A DNA stretch of 46,329 nt from Candidatus Omnitrophica bacterium CG11_big_fil_rev_8_21_14_0_20_63_9 (GCA_002796105.1 PCVX01000023.1:5636-51964); one strand, 5' to 3'; shown: positions 1 to 9,380, counted from the stretch's first letter. Notes: generated from the letters alone by a model not told the origin. Translations and numbers: made by a program.

Positions 1-198
1 GTCCGGTGCGTCGTGGTGCGCACGAGGGCTCCCATCCGCCGGTCCGATGGCACGACCCTGAAGTTTGATTCCAATGCGGTGGTCCTGATTGATACGCAAA
101 ACAGCCCGCGCGGCACCCGGGTGTTCGGCCCGGTGGCGCGGGAACTGCGCGAGCGGAAGTTCATGAAAATCATCTCGCTCGCCCCGGAAGTGGTGTGA
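1..198 (+). CDS. rplN: 50S ribosomal protein L14 (3' portion; 5' end upstream of window)
   Basis: Frame 1 is open from nt 1. ...[62 protein letters not shown] is the conserved L14 C-terminus, followed by rplX as in spc operons. The M at nt 13 in the ORF track is an internal GTG (Val). Confidence 0.95.
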   Translation, partial: VRCVVVRTRAPIRRSDGTTLKFDSNAVVLIDTQNSPRGTRVFGPVARELRERKFMKIISLAPEVV

Positions 199-200
199 CG

Positions 201-512
201 ATGGCGCATGTGAAGAAGGGCGACACCGTCGTGGTGCTCAGCGGCAAAGACAAAGGCAAGAGCGGCAAGGTGCTGCAGGTCTGGCCGGACCGCGAGCGCG
301 CGCTGGTGGAGCGCGTCAACCTGGTCAAACATTTTGAGCGCAAGTCGCAGCAAGCGCCTGCCGGCGGGATCGTCGAGCGGGAAGGCTCGCTGGCGCTCTC
401 GAAGCTGGCGCTGATGTGCCCGCGCTGCCAGAAGCCCTCGCGCGTGGGATGGCTGGTGTCCGAGGGCGGCGACAAGCAGCGCATTTGCCGTCGCTGCAAG
501 AGCACCGTGTGA
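201..512 (+). CDS. rplX: 50S ribosomal protein L24 (with C-terminal CxxC...CxxC)
   Basis: MAHVKKGDTVVVLSGKDKGKSGKVLQV = KOW motif of L24, placed between rplN and rplE. The ORF track starts at GTG 195 (overlapping the rplN stop), but ATG 201 fits the family N-terminus better. Confidence 0.93.
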   Translation: MAHVKKGDTVVVLSGKDKGKSGKVLQVWPDRERALVERVNLVKHFERKSQQAPAGGIVEREGSLALSKLALMCPRCQKPSRVGWLVSEGGDKQRICRRCKSTV

Positions 513-523
513 GCGTGACGACG

Positions 524-1114
524 ATGAGCCCGACGACAACCAAGGCACCGACGAACCACCTGCCGCGCATGCACGAGCGCTACCAGAAGGTGATCGTTCC
601 GGCGCTGGCCAAGGAATTCCACAAGCGCCACCCGATGGCCGCGGCGCGGCTGCAGAAAATCGTGGTCAACATCGGCTGCGGCGAGGCGGCGCATGACGCG
701 AAGATCCTGGAGGCGGCGCAGCGGGACCTGGGGTTGATCACAGGCCAGAAGCCGCTCGTGACGCGCGCGAAGAAGGCCATCTCGAACTTCAAGATCAAGG
801 AAGGCGATGCGGTCGGCTGCAAAGTCACGCTGCGCCGCCGGCGGATGTACGAGTTCCTGGACCGGCTGGTCAGCATTGCGCTGCCGCGCATCCGCGATTT
901 CCGCGGCCTGAACCCCAAAGGGTTCGATGAGGGCGGCAACTATAACTTCGGCTTGAAGGAGCACACGATTTTTCCTGAGATTCAGGAGCACGTCGCCACC
1001 GCCATTGGGATGGACATCGTGCTCGTCACGAACGCATCCTCCAAAGACGAGGCAATGGCGCTCCTCAAGGGGTTCGGGTTTCCGTTTGCAACGAAAGAAC
1101 AACAACGAGCGTAA
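524..1114 (+). CDS. rplE: 50S ribosomal protein L5
   Basis: ...LQKIVVNIGCGEA...GQKPLVTRAKKAISNFKIKEGDAVGCKVTLRRRRMYEFLDRL... is typical L5. The ORF track start (416) lies inside rplX. The first ATG after the rplX stop is 524; ATG 572 (MHERYQK) is also possible. Confidence 0.93.
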   Translation: MSPTTTKAPTNHLPRMHERYQKVIVPALAKEFHKRHPMAAARLQKIVVNIGCGEAAHDAKILEAAQRDLGLITGQKPLVTRAKKAISNFKIKEGDAVGCKVTLRRRRMYEFLDRLVSIALPRIRDFRGLNPKGFDEGGNYNFGLKEHTIFPEIQEHVATAIGMDIVLVTNASSKDEAMALLKGFGFPFATKEQQRA

Positions 1115-1120
1115 TCGTGC

Positions 1121-1306
1121 ATGGCCAGAAAAGCATGGCTTGAGCGCGCGAAGCGCCCTCCGAAATTTTCAACACGCAAGGTCAACCGCTGCGACCGCTG
1201 CGGGCGGCGCCGGGCGTTTTACCGGCGCTTCGGCTTGTGCCGGATGTGCTTCCGCGAGATGGCATGGCGGGGCGAGATCCCCGGGCTTGTGAAGGCCAGT
1301 TGGTAA
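1121..1306 (+). CDS. rpsZ: 30S ribosomal protein S14, short zinc-binding type Z
   Basis: 61 aa, [46 protein letters not shown]...W. The CxxC...CxxC pairs and length are diagnostic of type-Z S14. Canonical position after rplE. Confidence 0.95.
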   Translation: MARKAWLERAKRPPKFSTRKVNRCDRCGRRRAFYRRFGLCRMCFREMAWRGEIPGLVKASW

Positions 1307-1317
1307 CGAGGTGCTAG

Positions 1318-1707
1318 ATGGACCGAATCAGTGACGGCTTGACGAAAATCCGCAATGCGTCCCGGGCGAAGCATGCCACCGTTGAGGTGCGCTTCTCCCG
1401 GCTGATGACCGAGATGCTGGAGGTGCTCAAGCGCGAAGGGTACATTCGCACCTTCAAACCGGTGGGCGAAACGCCCGCCGACCGTTCGATGCGCGTGTAC
1501 CTGAAGTACTCCCGGCGCACCCCGGCGATTTCGCAGCTCATCCGCGTCTCCAAGCCCGGTGAGCGGGCGTACCGCAAGGCGAGCGAGCTGCCGCGCGTCC
1601 TGGGCGGCTTGGGAGTCGCCATCGTGTCTACCTCGAAAGGCTTGATGACGGAGCGCGACGCCTATCAACAGCGCATCGGCGGCGAAGTGCTCTGCTACGT
1701 GTGGTGA
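1318..1707 (+). CDS. rpsH: 30S ribosomal protein S8
   Basis: 129 aa. DRISDGLTKIRNA... and C-terminal ...GVAIVSTSKGLMTERDAYQQRIGGEVLCYVW are typical S8. GAGGTG Shine-Dalgarno upstream. Operon position fits. Confidence 0.95.
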   Translation: MDRISDGLTKIRNASRAKHATVEVRFSRLMTEMLEVLKREGYIRTFKPVGETPADRSMRVYLKYSRRTPAISQLIRVSKPGERAYRKASELPRVLGGLGVAIVSTSKGLMTERDAYQQRIGGEVLCYVW

Positions 1708-1711
1708 TCCT

Positions 1712-2269
1712 ATGTCGAGAATCGGACGAGCGCCCATCGCGATTCCCTCCGGCGTCAAAGTGACGCAACAGGACAGCACCGTGCGCGTGGAAGGCCCCAA
1801 AGGGAAGCTCTCCTTCACGCTGCCGTCGCCGATCACCATAAAGCTCGACGGCCAGCAGGTGAAGGTCGAATGCCCTGAAGGATCTGAAGCTGGAGCGCTG
1901 CACGGCCTTTCGCGCGCGCTGCTGGCGAACATGGTGCAGGGGGTCACGAGCGGGTTCTCCAAAGAGATGGAAATCGTCGGCGTCGGCTACCGCGCGCAGC
2001 TGCAGGGCAAGCAGCTAGCACTCAGCGTCGGATTGACGCACCAGGTGATCATGCCCATTCCGGAAGGTCTCACGGTGGAAGTGCCCAAGCCGACGTCGGT
2101 CATTGTCAAAGGGGCGGACAAGCAGCAAGTCGGCCAATTCGCCGCCACGATGCGCCGCGCAGCACCCCCGGAGCCGTACAAGGGCAAGGGGATCAAGTAC
2201 GCCGGCGAGGTGATCCGCCGCAAGGCGGGCAAGGCGGCGACGGGCGCCGGCGCCAAGGCTGGAGGCTGA
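1712..2269 (+). CDS. rplF: 50S ribosomal protein L6
   Basis: MSRIGRAPIAIPSGVKV...VEGPKGKLSF...GVGYRA...KGKGIKYAGEVIRRKAGK is typical L6. Operon position fits. Confidence 0.95.
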   Translation: MSRIGRAPIAIPSGVKVTQQDSTVRVEGPKGKLSFTLPSPITIKLDGQQVKVECPEGSEAGALHGLSRALLANMVQGVTSGFSKEMEIVGVGYRAQLQGKQLALSVGLTHQVIMPIPEGLTVEVPKPTSVIVKGADKQQVGQFAATMRRAAPPEPYKGKGIKYAGEVIRRKAGKAATGAGAKAGG

Positions 2270-2272
2270 GCC

Positions 2273-2638
2273 ATGCCACGCATGAGCAAACGAGAAACCG
2301 GACGGCGGCAGCGCCACCAGCGGCTGCGCAAGAAAGTCGTGGGGCTTCCCGAGCGGCCGCGGTTGTCGGTGTTCCGGAGCCACAATCACCTGTACGTGCA
2401 GCTCATCAATGATCTGGAAGGCAAGACCTTGGGCGGCTGGTCGACCAAGGATGAGCGGTTGAAGCACCTCAAGCGGTTTGGGACCGTTGAGGCCGCCAAG
2501 GCGCTCGGCGAGCTGGTGGCGAAGGATACCGTGAAGCAGGGCGTGAGCCGCGTGGTCTTCGACCGCGGAGGCTACCTGTACCATGGCCGCGTGCAAGCCG
2601 TCGCTGAGGCGGTTCGAGCGGGCGGCGTGCAAGTCTAA
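2273..2638 (+). CDS. rplR: 50S ribosomal protein L18
   Basis: 121 aa. ...[26 protein letters not shown]... and ...[28 protein letters not shown] are typical L18. Confidence 0.95.
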   Translation: MPRMSKRETGRRQRHQRLRKKVVGLPERPRLSVFRSHNHLYVQLINDLEGKTLGGWSTKDERLKHLKRFGTVEAAKALGELVAKDTVKQGVSRVVFDRGGYLYHGRVQAVAEAVRAGGVQV

Positions 2639-2658
2639 AGGAGCGGAACACACAAGCG

Positions 2659-3180
2659 ATGGCACGAAACGATCAGAGACGGGGAGGACCGAGGGACCAG
2701 GCGCAGGCCGACGGCTCGCAGCTGATGGAAAAGCTCATCAGCGTGAACCGTGTCGCCAAGGTCCACAAGGGCGGCAAGCGGCTCGCCTTTAACGCCCTGA
2801 CCGTCGTGGGCGACGGCCGCGGCCGGGTCGGCATGGCGCTGGGCAAGGCGAATGAGACCGCGGATGCGATCCGCAAGGGATTCCTCCACGCGCAGCGCGG
2901 CATGATCACCGTCCCGCTGCGAGGCACGACGATCCCGCACGAAGTCATCGGACATTACGATGCCTCGCGCGTGCTGCTGAAGCCGGCCAGCCCGGGCACC
3001 GGCATCATCGCCGGCGGCTCGGTCCGCGCCGTGTGCGAAGCGGCCGGCATCCGGGACATCCTGACGAAGAGCTTGGGCTCCTGCAACGCCGTCAATTTGG
3101 CGAAAGCCACGCTCGACGGTCTGCAAGCCCTGGAGAGCGCCGACCAAGTTCGCGAGCGGCGCCGCATCGTGGTCGAGTGA
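2659..3180 (+). CDS. rpsE: 30S ribosomal protein S5
   Basis: ...[43 protein letters not shown]... and ...[30 protein letters not shown] are typical S5. AAGGAG upstream. Confidence 0.95.
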   Translation: MARNDQRRGGPRDQAQADGSQLMEKLISVNRVAKVHKGGKRLAFNALTVVGDGRGRVGMALGKANETADAIRKGFLHAQRGMITVPLRGTTIPHEVIGHYDASRVLLKPASPGTGIIAGGSVRAVCEAAGIRDILTKSLGSCNAVNLAKATLDGLQALESADQVRERRRIVVE

Positions 3181-3184
3181 GCGG

Positions 3185-3646
3185 ATGGACGTGACGACGA
3201 TTCCTCGCGTTCGTGGAGCGCGGCACCGCAAGAAGCGGGTCGGCCGCGGCATCGGCTCCGGGCACGGCAAGACGTCCACGCGCGGGCAGAAGGGACAGCG
3301 CGCCCGCACCGGGGAAGGTAAGCGGCCGGGGTTCGAGGGAGGGCGCAACCCGCTCATCCGCCGGATCCCGAAGCGCGGGTTCCGCCAAAAAGCCCGCGGC
3401 GGAGCGGTCCGCAGCCAGATCGTTAATCTCGACCAGCTTAACAGGTTCGACGATGGCCAGCGCATCAGCGCGCAGCAACTGGCCGAGGCGGGCATCATTA
3501 CCCGCGCTGACCATCCGGTGAAGCTGCTGGGTGACGGGCAGCTCACCAAGAAAGTCACGATCATTGTCAATCGATCGAGCGAGGCGGCCAAGGCCAAGGT
3601 TGCGAAGGCCGGCGGGACTCTTGAGTTGTTGAAGACGTCGGGCTGA
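3185..3646 (+). CDS. rplO: 50S ribosomal protein L15
   Basis: ...RKKRVGRGIGSGHGKTSTRGQKGQRARTG... is typical L15. It starts 4 nt after the rpsE stop, so no rpmD lies between. Confidence 0.95.
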   Translation: MDVTTIPRVRGARHRKKRVGRGIGSGHGKTSTRGQKGQRARTGEGKRPGFEGGRNPLIRRIPKRGFRQKARGGAVRSQIVNLDQLNRFDDGQRISAQQLAEAGIITRADHPVKLLGDGQLTKKVTIIVNRSSEAAKAKVAKAGGTLELLKTSG

Positions 3647-3654
3647 GCAGCGGC

Positions 3655-5010
3655 ATGTTCCGGCTCTTCGGCGCGCTCATCAATGCATGGAGCATCCCGG
3701 AGCTTCGCCGCAAGCTGATCTTCACGCTCTCGATGCTCGCGATCTACGAGATCGGGGTCCTTGTCCCGATCCCCGGGATCAACGGGCGGGAGCTGGAGCG
3801 AATCTTTCGCAGCCTGACCGAATCGGGCGGCGGCGGGCTGTTGAACATGCTCGACATGTTCACGGGCAGCGCGCTCTCGCACGCGACGATCTTCGCGCTC
3901 GGGATCATGCCGTATATCAGCGCGACGATCATCGTCGAGACCTTGCTGGTCAACGCGATCCCAGCGCTGGAGAAGCTCCGCAAGGAGGGCATGGCCGGCT
4001 ACCGCAAGCTGCACCAGTTTTCGCGCTATGCGACGGTGGCGCTGGCGGTGATCAACTCCTTCATGTACGCGATCCTGCTGGAGAATTTCAACCCGACCCA
4101 GCTGGGCGCCGCACAGATCGTGATGCATCCGGGGTTAGGCTTCCGGCTGTTGACGGTGCTCACGATGACGGGCGGCATGGCCTTCATCATGTGGCTGGCG
4201 GAGCAGATCACCGAGCGGGGCATCGGCAACGGCATGAGCTTGCTGATGACCGCCTCGATCGTCGGTCGGATCCCGCTGGCGATCCGGGATCTGTTCGTCA
4301 ATCTAGGGCCGGCGCAGCAGTCGCCGTTGGAGCCGCTAAAACTCATCTTCATGGTGGCGTTTCTCATCGCGGTGGTGCTGGTCGTGATCTTCATCGAGCA
4401 GGGACAGCGCCGCATCCCGGTGCAGTACGCCCGGCGCGTGGTGGGGCGGCGGCTGATGCAGGGGCAAAGCACGTACTTGCCGCTGCGCGTCAACAGCAGC
4501 GGCGTGCTGCCGATCATCTTCGCGATCTCGGTGCTGTCGTTTCCGATCCAGGCGGCGAATTTCGTGCCGCAGCTGCGGGGCCTGATGGACGTGTTCTCCC
4601 GCACCTCGGTGGTGTTCTATATCATTTACGCGTTGCTGATTTTGCTCTTTACCATCTTTAGCGTCGGGTTGACCGCGACCCAGTTCCGCGAAGCGTCGGA
4701 GCAGATGAAAAAGTCCGGCGCGTTCATTCCGGGGATCCGGCCGGGCGACCCGACGACGGATTACCTGGCGAAAGTGCTCAGCCGGGTGACGCTGGTCGCG
4801 GCGGTGTATCTGATCGCCATCGCAATCCTGCCGGACCTGGTCATGGCGTGGCTGCGGCTCCCCGCCAGGGTCGCCGGGTTCTTCGGCGGCACGAGCTTAT
4901 TGATCGTGGTGGGCGTGACGCTGGATACCATGAAGCAGATCGAGTCGCACCTGCTCATGCGGCATTACGAAGGGTTCTTCAAGTCCGGTCGGATCCGCGG
5001 CCGGCGGTAA
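3655..5010 (+). CDS. secY: Preprotein translocase subunit SecY
   Basis: 451 aa polytopic membrane protein. ...IPELRRKLIFTL..., ...GIMPYISATIIV..., ...GNGMSLLM..., ...SSGVLPIIFA... are SecY signatures. Canonical position after rplO. Confidence 0.95.
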   Translation: MFRLFGALINAWSIPELRRKLIFTLSMLAIYEIGVLVPIPGINGRELERIFRSLTESGGGGLLNMLDMFTGSALSHATIFALGIMPYISATIIVETLLVNAIPALEKLRKEGMAGYRKLHQFSRYATVALAVINSFMYAILLENFNPTQLGAAQIVMHPGLGFRLLTVLTMTGGMAFIMWLAEQITERGIGNGMSLLMTASIVGRIPLAIRDLFVNLGPAQQSPLEPLKLIFMVAFLIAVVLVVIFIEQGQRRIPVQYARRVVGRRLMQGQSTYLPLRVNSSGVLPIIFAISVLSFPIQAANFVPQLRGLMDVFSRTSVVFYIIYALLILLFTIFSVGLTATQFREASEQMKKSGAFIPGIRPGDPTTDYLAKVLSRVTLVAAVYLIAIAILPDLVMAWLRLPARVAGFFGGTSLLIVVGVTLDTMKQIESHLLMRHYEGFFKSGRIRGRR

Positions 5011-5019
5011 CGGCCGGCC

Positions 5020-5691
5020 ATGCATATCGTGCTACTGGGTCCGCCCGGGGCCGGCAAAGGTTCTTTGGCATCGTTGTGCCATTCGCGGCTGGGCGTGCCG
5101 CATCTGTCCACGGGCGAAATCTTCCGCCGGGAGATCGCGCGCAAAAGCCCGCTGGGCCGGCGCGTGGCGCGCTACGTGACGAACGGGCGGCTGGTGCCCG
5201 ATGCGCTGGTCGTCGAAGTGATGGCTTCGCATCTGCGGCAGCAGCCGCGGCGGCGCGGGTTCGTGCTCGACGGATTCCCGCGTACGCGCAGGCAAGCTGA
5301 AGGGCTCGCGCGCGTACTTGAGCGCTGGGGCAGGCCGCTGGATGGCGCGGTCTATTTGACTTCGCCGGAAGATCTGCTGGTCCGGCGGCTCTCAGGACGG
5401 CGCGTGTGCCCGCGCTGTGGCGCCAATTACCATCTGCGCACGATGCGGCCGAAGCGACTCGGGCTGTGCGATCAGTGCGGCACACCGCTCGTGACGCGCA
5501 AAGACGATCAACCGAGGACGATTCGCAAGCGCTTGGCGATCGACCGCAAGGCGTGCAAGCCGCTCATTGACTATTATCGGAAAGGCAAGCTGCTGTACCG
5601 CGTGAACGGCGCCGGGTATGTGGGAACGGTGTTCGTCCGCATGCGGAAGCTGTTCCGGCGCCAGGGCTGGTTGCGGCGCGGCCGCGCATGA
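5020..5691 (+). CDS. adk: Adenylate kinase (four-Cys zinc lid; basic C-terminal tail)
   Basis: P-loop LLGPPGAGKGS, LSTGEIFR, lid CPRCGANYH...CDQCG...RKDD. Follows secY as usual. Confidence 0.9.
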   Translation: MHIVLLGPPGAGKGSLASLCHSRLGVPHLSTGEIFRREIARKSPLGRRVARYVTNGRLVPDALVVEVMASHLRQQPRRRGFVLDGFPRTRRQAEGLARVLERWGRPLDGAVYLTSPEDLLVRRLSGRRVCPRCGANYHLRTMRPKRLGLCDQCGTPLVTRKDDQPRTIRKRLAIDRKACKPLIDYYRKGKLLYRVNGAGYVGTVFVRMRKLFRRQGWLRRGRA

Positions 5692-6443
5692 TCGAGCTGA
5701 AAACGCCCGCAGAAATCGAGCGGATGCGCCAGGCCGGGCGGGTGGTGGCTGAGCTCCTGGAAGCGCTCAGCGCCATGCTCAAGCCGGGCCTTCGGACGAA
5801 GGATCTGGATGAAGCGGCCCGCGCGTTTATCAAGTCGCACGGGGCGAAGCCGGCGTTTCTCGGCTACCGGGGATTTCCGGCCTGCGTCTGCGTGTCGGTG
5901 AACGAAGAGGTCGTGCACGGCATTCCCGGCGACCGCCAGCTGCGTGCCGGCGATCTTGTGAGCCTGGACGCTGGAGCGGTGGTCGAGGGATTCTACGCGG
6001 ATGCCGCGGTGACGCGGTGGGTCGGCTCGGTGCCGGCGGCATCGCAGCGGCTGGTCGAAACGACCCGCCAGGCGCTCGAGGAAGGCATCGCGCAGGCGGT
6101 CGAAGGCAAGCGGCTGGCGGATATTTCTCAAGCGGTGCAGCGGGTGATCGAATCGGCAGGATTCGGCATCGTGCGGGAGTTTGTCGGGCACGGCATCGGG
6201 CGCGCGCTGCATGAAGATCCGCCGATCCCGAATTTTGTTCCGGTCGGCGTGAACCCACGGCTGCGCGCCGGCATGGTGCTGGCGATCGAGCCGATGGTAA
6301 CGATGGGGCGGCATGAGGTGGAAGTGCTCTCGGACGGATGGACCGCGGTGACCAAGGACCGATCGCTTGCCGCGCATTGGGAGCACACCGTGGCGGTGAC
6401 CAGCAGAGCCCCGGACATCCTCACACAGCTGCCGGACGCGTGA
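5688..6443 (+). CDS. map: Type I methionine aminopeptidase
   Basis: [16 protein letters not shown]..., ...VHGIPG...L..GD...D..., FVGHGIG..HE.P, ...EP...G, ...HWEHTV are MetAP-I metal-site motifs. ATGA overlap with adk. Confidence 0.93.
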   Translation: MIELKTPAEIERMRQAGRVVAELLEALSAMLKPGLRTKDLDEAARAFIKSHGAKPAFLGYRGFPACVCVSVNEEVVHGIPGDRQLRAGDLVSLDAGAVVEGFYADAAVTRWVGSVPAASQRLVETTRQALEEGIAQAVEGKRLADISQAVQRVIESAGFGIVREFVGHGIGRALHEDPPIPNFVPVGVNPRLRAGMVLAIEPMVTMGRHEVEVLSDGWTAVTKDRSLAAHWEHTVAVTSRAPDILTQLPDA

Positions 6444-6459
6444 GAGGCAGCGCGGGCGC

Positions 6460-6678
6460 ATGGCCAAAGAAGATTTGATCGAAGTTGAAGGCACGGTGGT
6501 TGAGGCGCTGCCCAACACCATGTTCCGGGTTGAAGTGCAGGCCGGCCATACGGTGCTGGCGCATCTGGGCGGCAAGCTGCGAAAGCATTACATCAGAATT
6601 CTGCCGGGCGATAAAGTGAAGCTGGAGTTGTCGCCGTACGATTTGACGCGGGGACGCATCACCTTTCGGGTGTCGTAA
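6460..6678 (+). CDS. infA: Translation initiation factor IF-1
   Basis: 72 aa, [70 protein letters not shown] is near-consensus IF-1. Confidence 0.96.
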   Translation: MAKEDLIEVEGTVVEALPNTMFRVEVQAGHTVLAHLGGKLRKHYIRILPGDKVKLELSPYDLTRGRITFRVS

Positions 6679-6683
6679 TCACG

Positions 6684-6797
6684 ATGAAAGTGCGAGCTTC
6701 TGTGAAACGCGTGTGCAGCAAGTGCAAGATCATCCGCCGACAACGGGTCGTGCGCGTGATTTGTTCGAATCCGAAACATAAGCAGCGGCAGGGATAA
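6684..6797 (+). CDS. rpmJ: 50S ribosomal protein L36 (zinc-binding form)
   Basis: Hand translation gives [37 protein letters not shown] (37 aa), below the ORF-track size cut-off. Canonical position between infA and rpsM. Confidence 0.93.
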   Translation: MKVRASVKRVCSKCKIIRRQRVVRVICSNPKHKQRQG

Positions 6798-6803
6798 CGA
6801 CTC

Positions 6804-7208
6804 ATGCCAAGAATTGTGGGAGTGGAAGTGCCCAAAGAGAAGCCCGTGGAGATTTCGCTGACGTATCTCTTCGGTGTGGGCCGCTCGCTAGCGCGCAACG
6901 TGATCAAACAGACGAACATCGATCCCCGCAAGCGGGCCAAAGATTTGACGGATGAAGAGGTCGGCCGGCTGAGCCAGGCGATCCAGGCGACGGCAAAGGT
7001 CGAAGGCGACTTGCGCCGGGAAATCACGGGCAACATCAAGCGATTGATCGATATCGGTTCGTACCGCGGCCTGCGGCACAAAAAAGGGCTGCCCGTGCGC
7101 GGACAGCGCAGCCGCACGAATGCCCGGAGCCGCAAAGGACCCCGACCTCGCGTGGGCGTGCGTAAGCGCACCCGCGTGGTCTCAGGGCCTGGGGGCCGTC
7201 CGGCATGA
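6804..7208 (+). CDS. rpsM: 30S ribosomal protein S13
   Basis: MPRIVGVEVPKEKPVEISLTYLFGVGRSLA...GSYRGLRHKKGLPVRGQRSRTNAR is typical S13. Confidence 0.95.
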   Translation: MPRIVGVEVPKEKPVEISLTYLFGVGRSLARNVIKQTNIDPRKRAKDLTDEEVGRLSQAIQATAKVEGDLRREITGNIKRLIDIGSYRGLRHKKGLPVRGQRSRTNARSRKGPRPRVGVRKRTRVVSGPGGRPA

Positions 7209-7240
7209 CACCATTGAGCCAGCGAGGAGGCAGGACGTGA

Positions 7241-7738
7241 ATGGCTGAAGGACAACCGAAAGACGTTCCACCGGCGGCACCCGCCCCGGTGAGTGCACCG
7301 GCGCCTGCGCCGGCGGTCGCACCAAAGGACGCGAAGGACGCAGCGAAGGACGGGAAGACTGCTCCGAAATCGCGCGGGAAAAAGAAGCTGCAGTCCACGC
7401 AGGGCATCGCGCATATCTTCGCGACCTTCAACAACACGATCGTGACCATCACCGATCGCGGCGGCAACGCCATCTGCTGGAGCACCGCGGGGGCGAGCGG
7501 CTATCACGGTTCCCGCAAGTCCACGCCGTATGCCGCCCAGGTCGCGGCGATGAACGCCGCGAAGAAGGCGATCGAAGCCGGCCTGAAGGAAGTGGAAGTG
7601 TTCGTCAAGGGGCCGGGCCAGGGCCGCGAGTCCGCGATCCGCGCGCTCTCGCAGGCCGGGCTATCCATCACGGCGATCAAGGACGTCACCCCGATTCCGC
7701 ACAACGGGTGCCGTCCGCCGAAACGGAGACGGGTCTAA
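7241..7738 (+). CDS. rpsK: 30S ribosomal protein S11 with Ala/Pro/Lys-rich N-terminal extension
   Basis: Core [29 protein letters not shown]...[11 protein letters not shown]...[15 protein letters not shown] is typical S11. 54 residues precede GIAHI. GAGGAGG upstream of the ATG. Confidence 0.93.
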   Translation: MAEGQPKDVPPAAPAPVSAPAPAPAVAPKDAKDAAKDGKTAPKSRGKKKLQSTQGIAHIFATFNNTIVTITDRGGNAICWSTAGASGYHGSRKSTPYAAQVAAMNAAKKAIEAGLKEVEVFVKGPGQGRESAIRALSQAGLSITAIKDVTPIPHNGCRPPKRRRV

Positions 7739-8367
7739 TGGCGCGCTATACCGGACCGGCGTGCCGGCTGTGCCGGCGGGAGGGCATGAAGCTCTTCCTC
7801 AAGGGGACCAAGTGCTATACGGTGAAGTGCCCCGTGGAAAAGCGGGCGTTTCCCCCCGGGCAGCACGGGCAGCTGCGCGTGAAGCTCTCCGACTACGGCA
7901 TCCAGCTGCGTGAGAAACAGAAGGTGAAGCGCATGTACGGCGTGCTGGAGCGGCAGTTTAAGCGGTACTTCACCCTGGCTCAAAAGGTCAAGGGTGTGAC
8001 CGGCCAGCAGCTGCTGGAGATGCTCGAGCGGCGGTTGGACAACGTGCTGTACCGCACGGGGTTCGCGACCTCCCGCGATGAGGGCCGGATGATCGTGCGG
8101 CACCGGGGCGTGCAGGTGAACGGGCGCATCGTGGATATCCCCTCGTATTCCGTGAAAGTGGGCGACGTCGTGCAGATCGCCCCCTCGCGCAAAGGCCAAA
8201 CGGCCCGCGTGAAGCAGAATTTGGAGCGGACGAAGGACCGCCCGGCTCCCGCATGGATCCAGGTCGACGTCGACCAGTTGAAGGGCCTGATCGTGCGCGC
8301 ACCGCAAAAAGATGACATCGGCTTGCCCATCCAGGAACAGCTGATCGTTGAGTTGTATTCGAAGTAA
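7738..8367 (+). CDS. rpsD: 30S ribosomal protein S4
   Basis: [26 protein letters not shown]... is typical S4. ATG 7738 overlaps the rpsK stop (TAATG). The ORF-track start 7708 lies inside rpsK. Confidence 0.95.
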   Translation: MARYTGPACRLCRREGMKLFLKGTKCYTVKCPVEKRAFPPGQHGQLRVKLSDYGIQLREKQKVKRMYGVLERQFKRYFTLAQKVKGVTGQQLLEMLERRLDNVLYRTGFATSRDEGRMIVRHRGVQVNGRIVDIPSYSVKVGDVVQIAPSRKGQTARVKQNLERTKDRPAPAWIQVDVDQLKGLIVRAPQKDDIGLPIQEQLIVELYSK

Positions 8368-8387
8368 CCCGCGACGGAGGGAGATTG

Positions 8388-9380
8388 ATGGGAACGCTGT
8401 GGCGTGATTTTGCGACCCCGAAAAAGCTGGTCTGCGACGAAGATTCGCTGACCGATACGTACGGCAAGTTCATGGCGGAGCCGTTCGAGCGGGGCTACGG
8501 CATGACGATCGGCAACGGACTGCGCCGGGTGCTGCTCTCCTCCATCGAGGGCGCGGCGGTCACGTCGCTGAAGATCGACGGCGTGCAGCACGAGTTCAGC
8601 GCCATCCCTGGGGTGCTGGAAGATATCACCCAGGTGGTGCTTAACGTGAAGCAGCTGGTGCTGCGCTCGCACTCCCGCCAGCCCAAGACGATCGTGATCG
8701 AAAAGGACAAAAAGGGCCCGGTAACCGCCGGCGACCTGCAGACCGACGAAACCGTCGAGGTCGTCAATCCGGACCTGCACTTGTGCACGCTCACCAAGGC
8801 CGGCAAGTTCCGGATGGAGCTGGAAGTCAGCCGGGGCCGCGGCTACGTGGCGGCGGATAAGCACAAGAAAGAGGGGCAACCCATCGGCATGATCCCGGTC
8901 GATGCGCTCTTTTCACCGGTGAAGCGCGTGAACTTCAGCGTCGAGGACACTCGCGTGGGACAGGTCACCGATTATGACCGCTTGAACCTGGAAGTGTGGA
9001 CCAACGGCTCGATGAGCCCCAAGGACGCGCTGCTCTATGCGTCCAACATTCTGCAGCGGCACCTGGACCTGTTCGTGAACTACGGCAGCCTGCCGGAGGA
9101 GCCGGAAGACGAAGCGCCGGCCGCGGTCAATGAGGAGCTGCAAGAGAAGCTGAAGACCCCCATCGCGGAGCTTGAGCTGTCGGTGCGCTCAGCCAACTGT
9201 CTGCGGGAAGCCAAGATTCATACGATTTCCGAGCTGGTGGAGAAGAGCCCCCAGGAGCTGCTGAAATACCGCAACTTCGGCAAGAAGTCGCTGGCGGAAA
9301 TTGAAGAGCTGCTCAAGGGCATGGGGTTGACGCTGGGCATGGCATCGGGCGCCGAGAGCGAAGCCGGCTCGACCGTCTAA
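8388..9380 (+). CDS. rpoA: DNA-directed RNA polymerase subunit alpha
   Basis: ...GYGMTIGNGLRRVLLSSIEGAAVTS... (N-terminal domain) and ...ELELSVRSANCLREAKIHTISELV...L...NFGKKSL.EI (C-terminal domain HhH). GGAGGGAG upstream of ATG 8388. Confidence 0.95.
   Translation: MGTLWRDFATPKKLVCDEDSLTDTYGKFMAEPFERGYGMTIGNGLRRVLLSSIEGAAVTSLKIDGVQHEFSAIPGVLEDITQVVLNVKQLVLRSHSRQPKTIVIEKDKKGPVTAGDLQTDETVEVVNPDLHLCTLTKAGKFRMELEVSRGRGYVAADKHKKEGQPIGMIPVDALFSPVKRVNFSVEDTRVGQVTDYDRLNLEVWTNGSMSPKDALLYASNILQRHLDLFVNYGSLPEEPEDEAPAAVNEELQEKLKTPIAELELSVRSANCLREAKIHTISELVEKSPQELLKYRNFGKKSLAEIEELLKGMGLTLGMASGAESEAGSTV

Noticed and set aside
13-198. Treating the first track ORF (M at nt 13) as a complete 61-aa gene.
   Set aside because: The reading frame is open back to nt 1, and the sequence is the C-terminal half of L14. 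The 'M' is an internal GTG valine codon.
3687-4661. 324-aa plus-strand ORF in an alternative frame inside secY. Similar alt-frame plus ORFs occur at 4848-5300, 11461-11997, 13838-14437, 20756-21334, 36610-37089, 38403-38678 and 43755-44003.
   Set aside because: These are out-of-frame overlaps with well-supported genes, and their low-complexity Arg/Ala/Gly/Pro composition offers no independent support.
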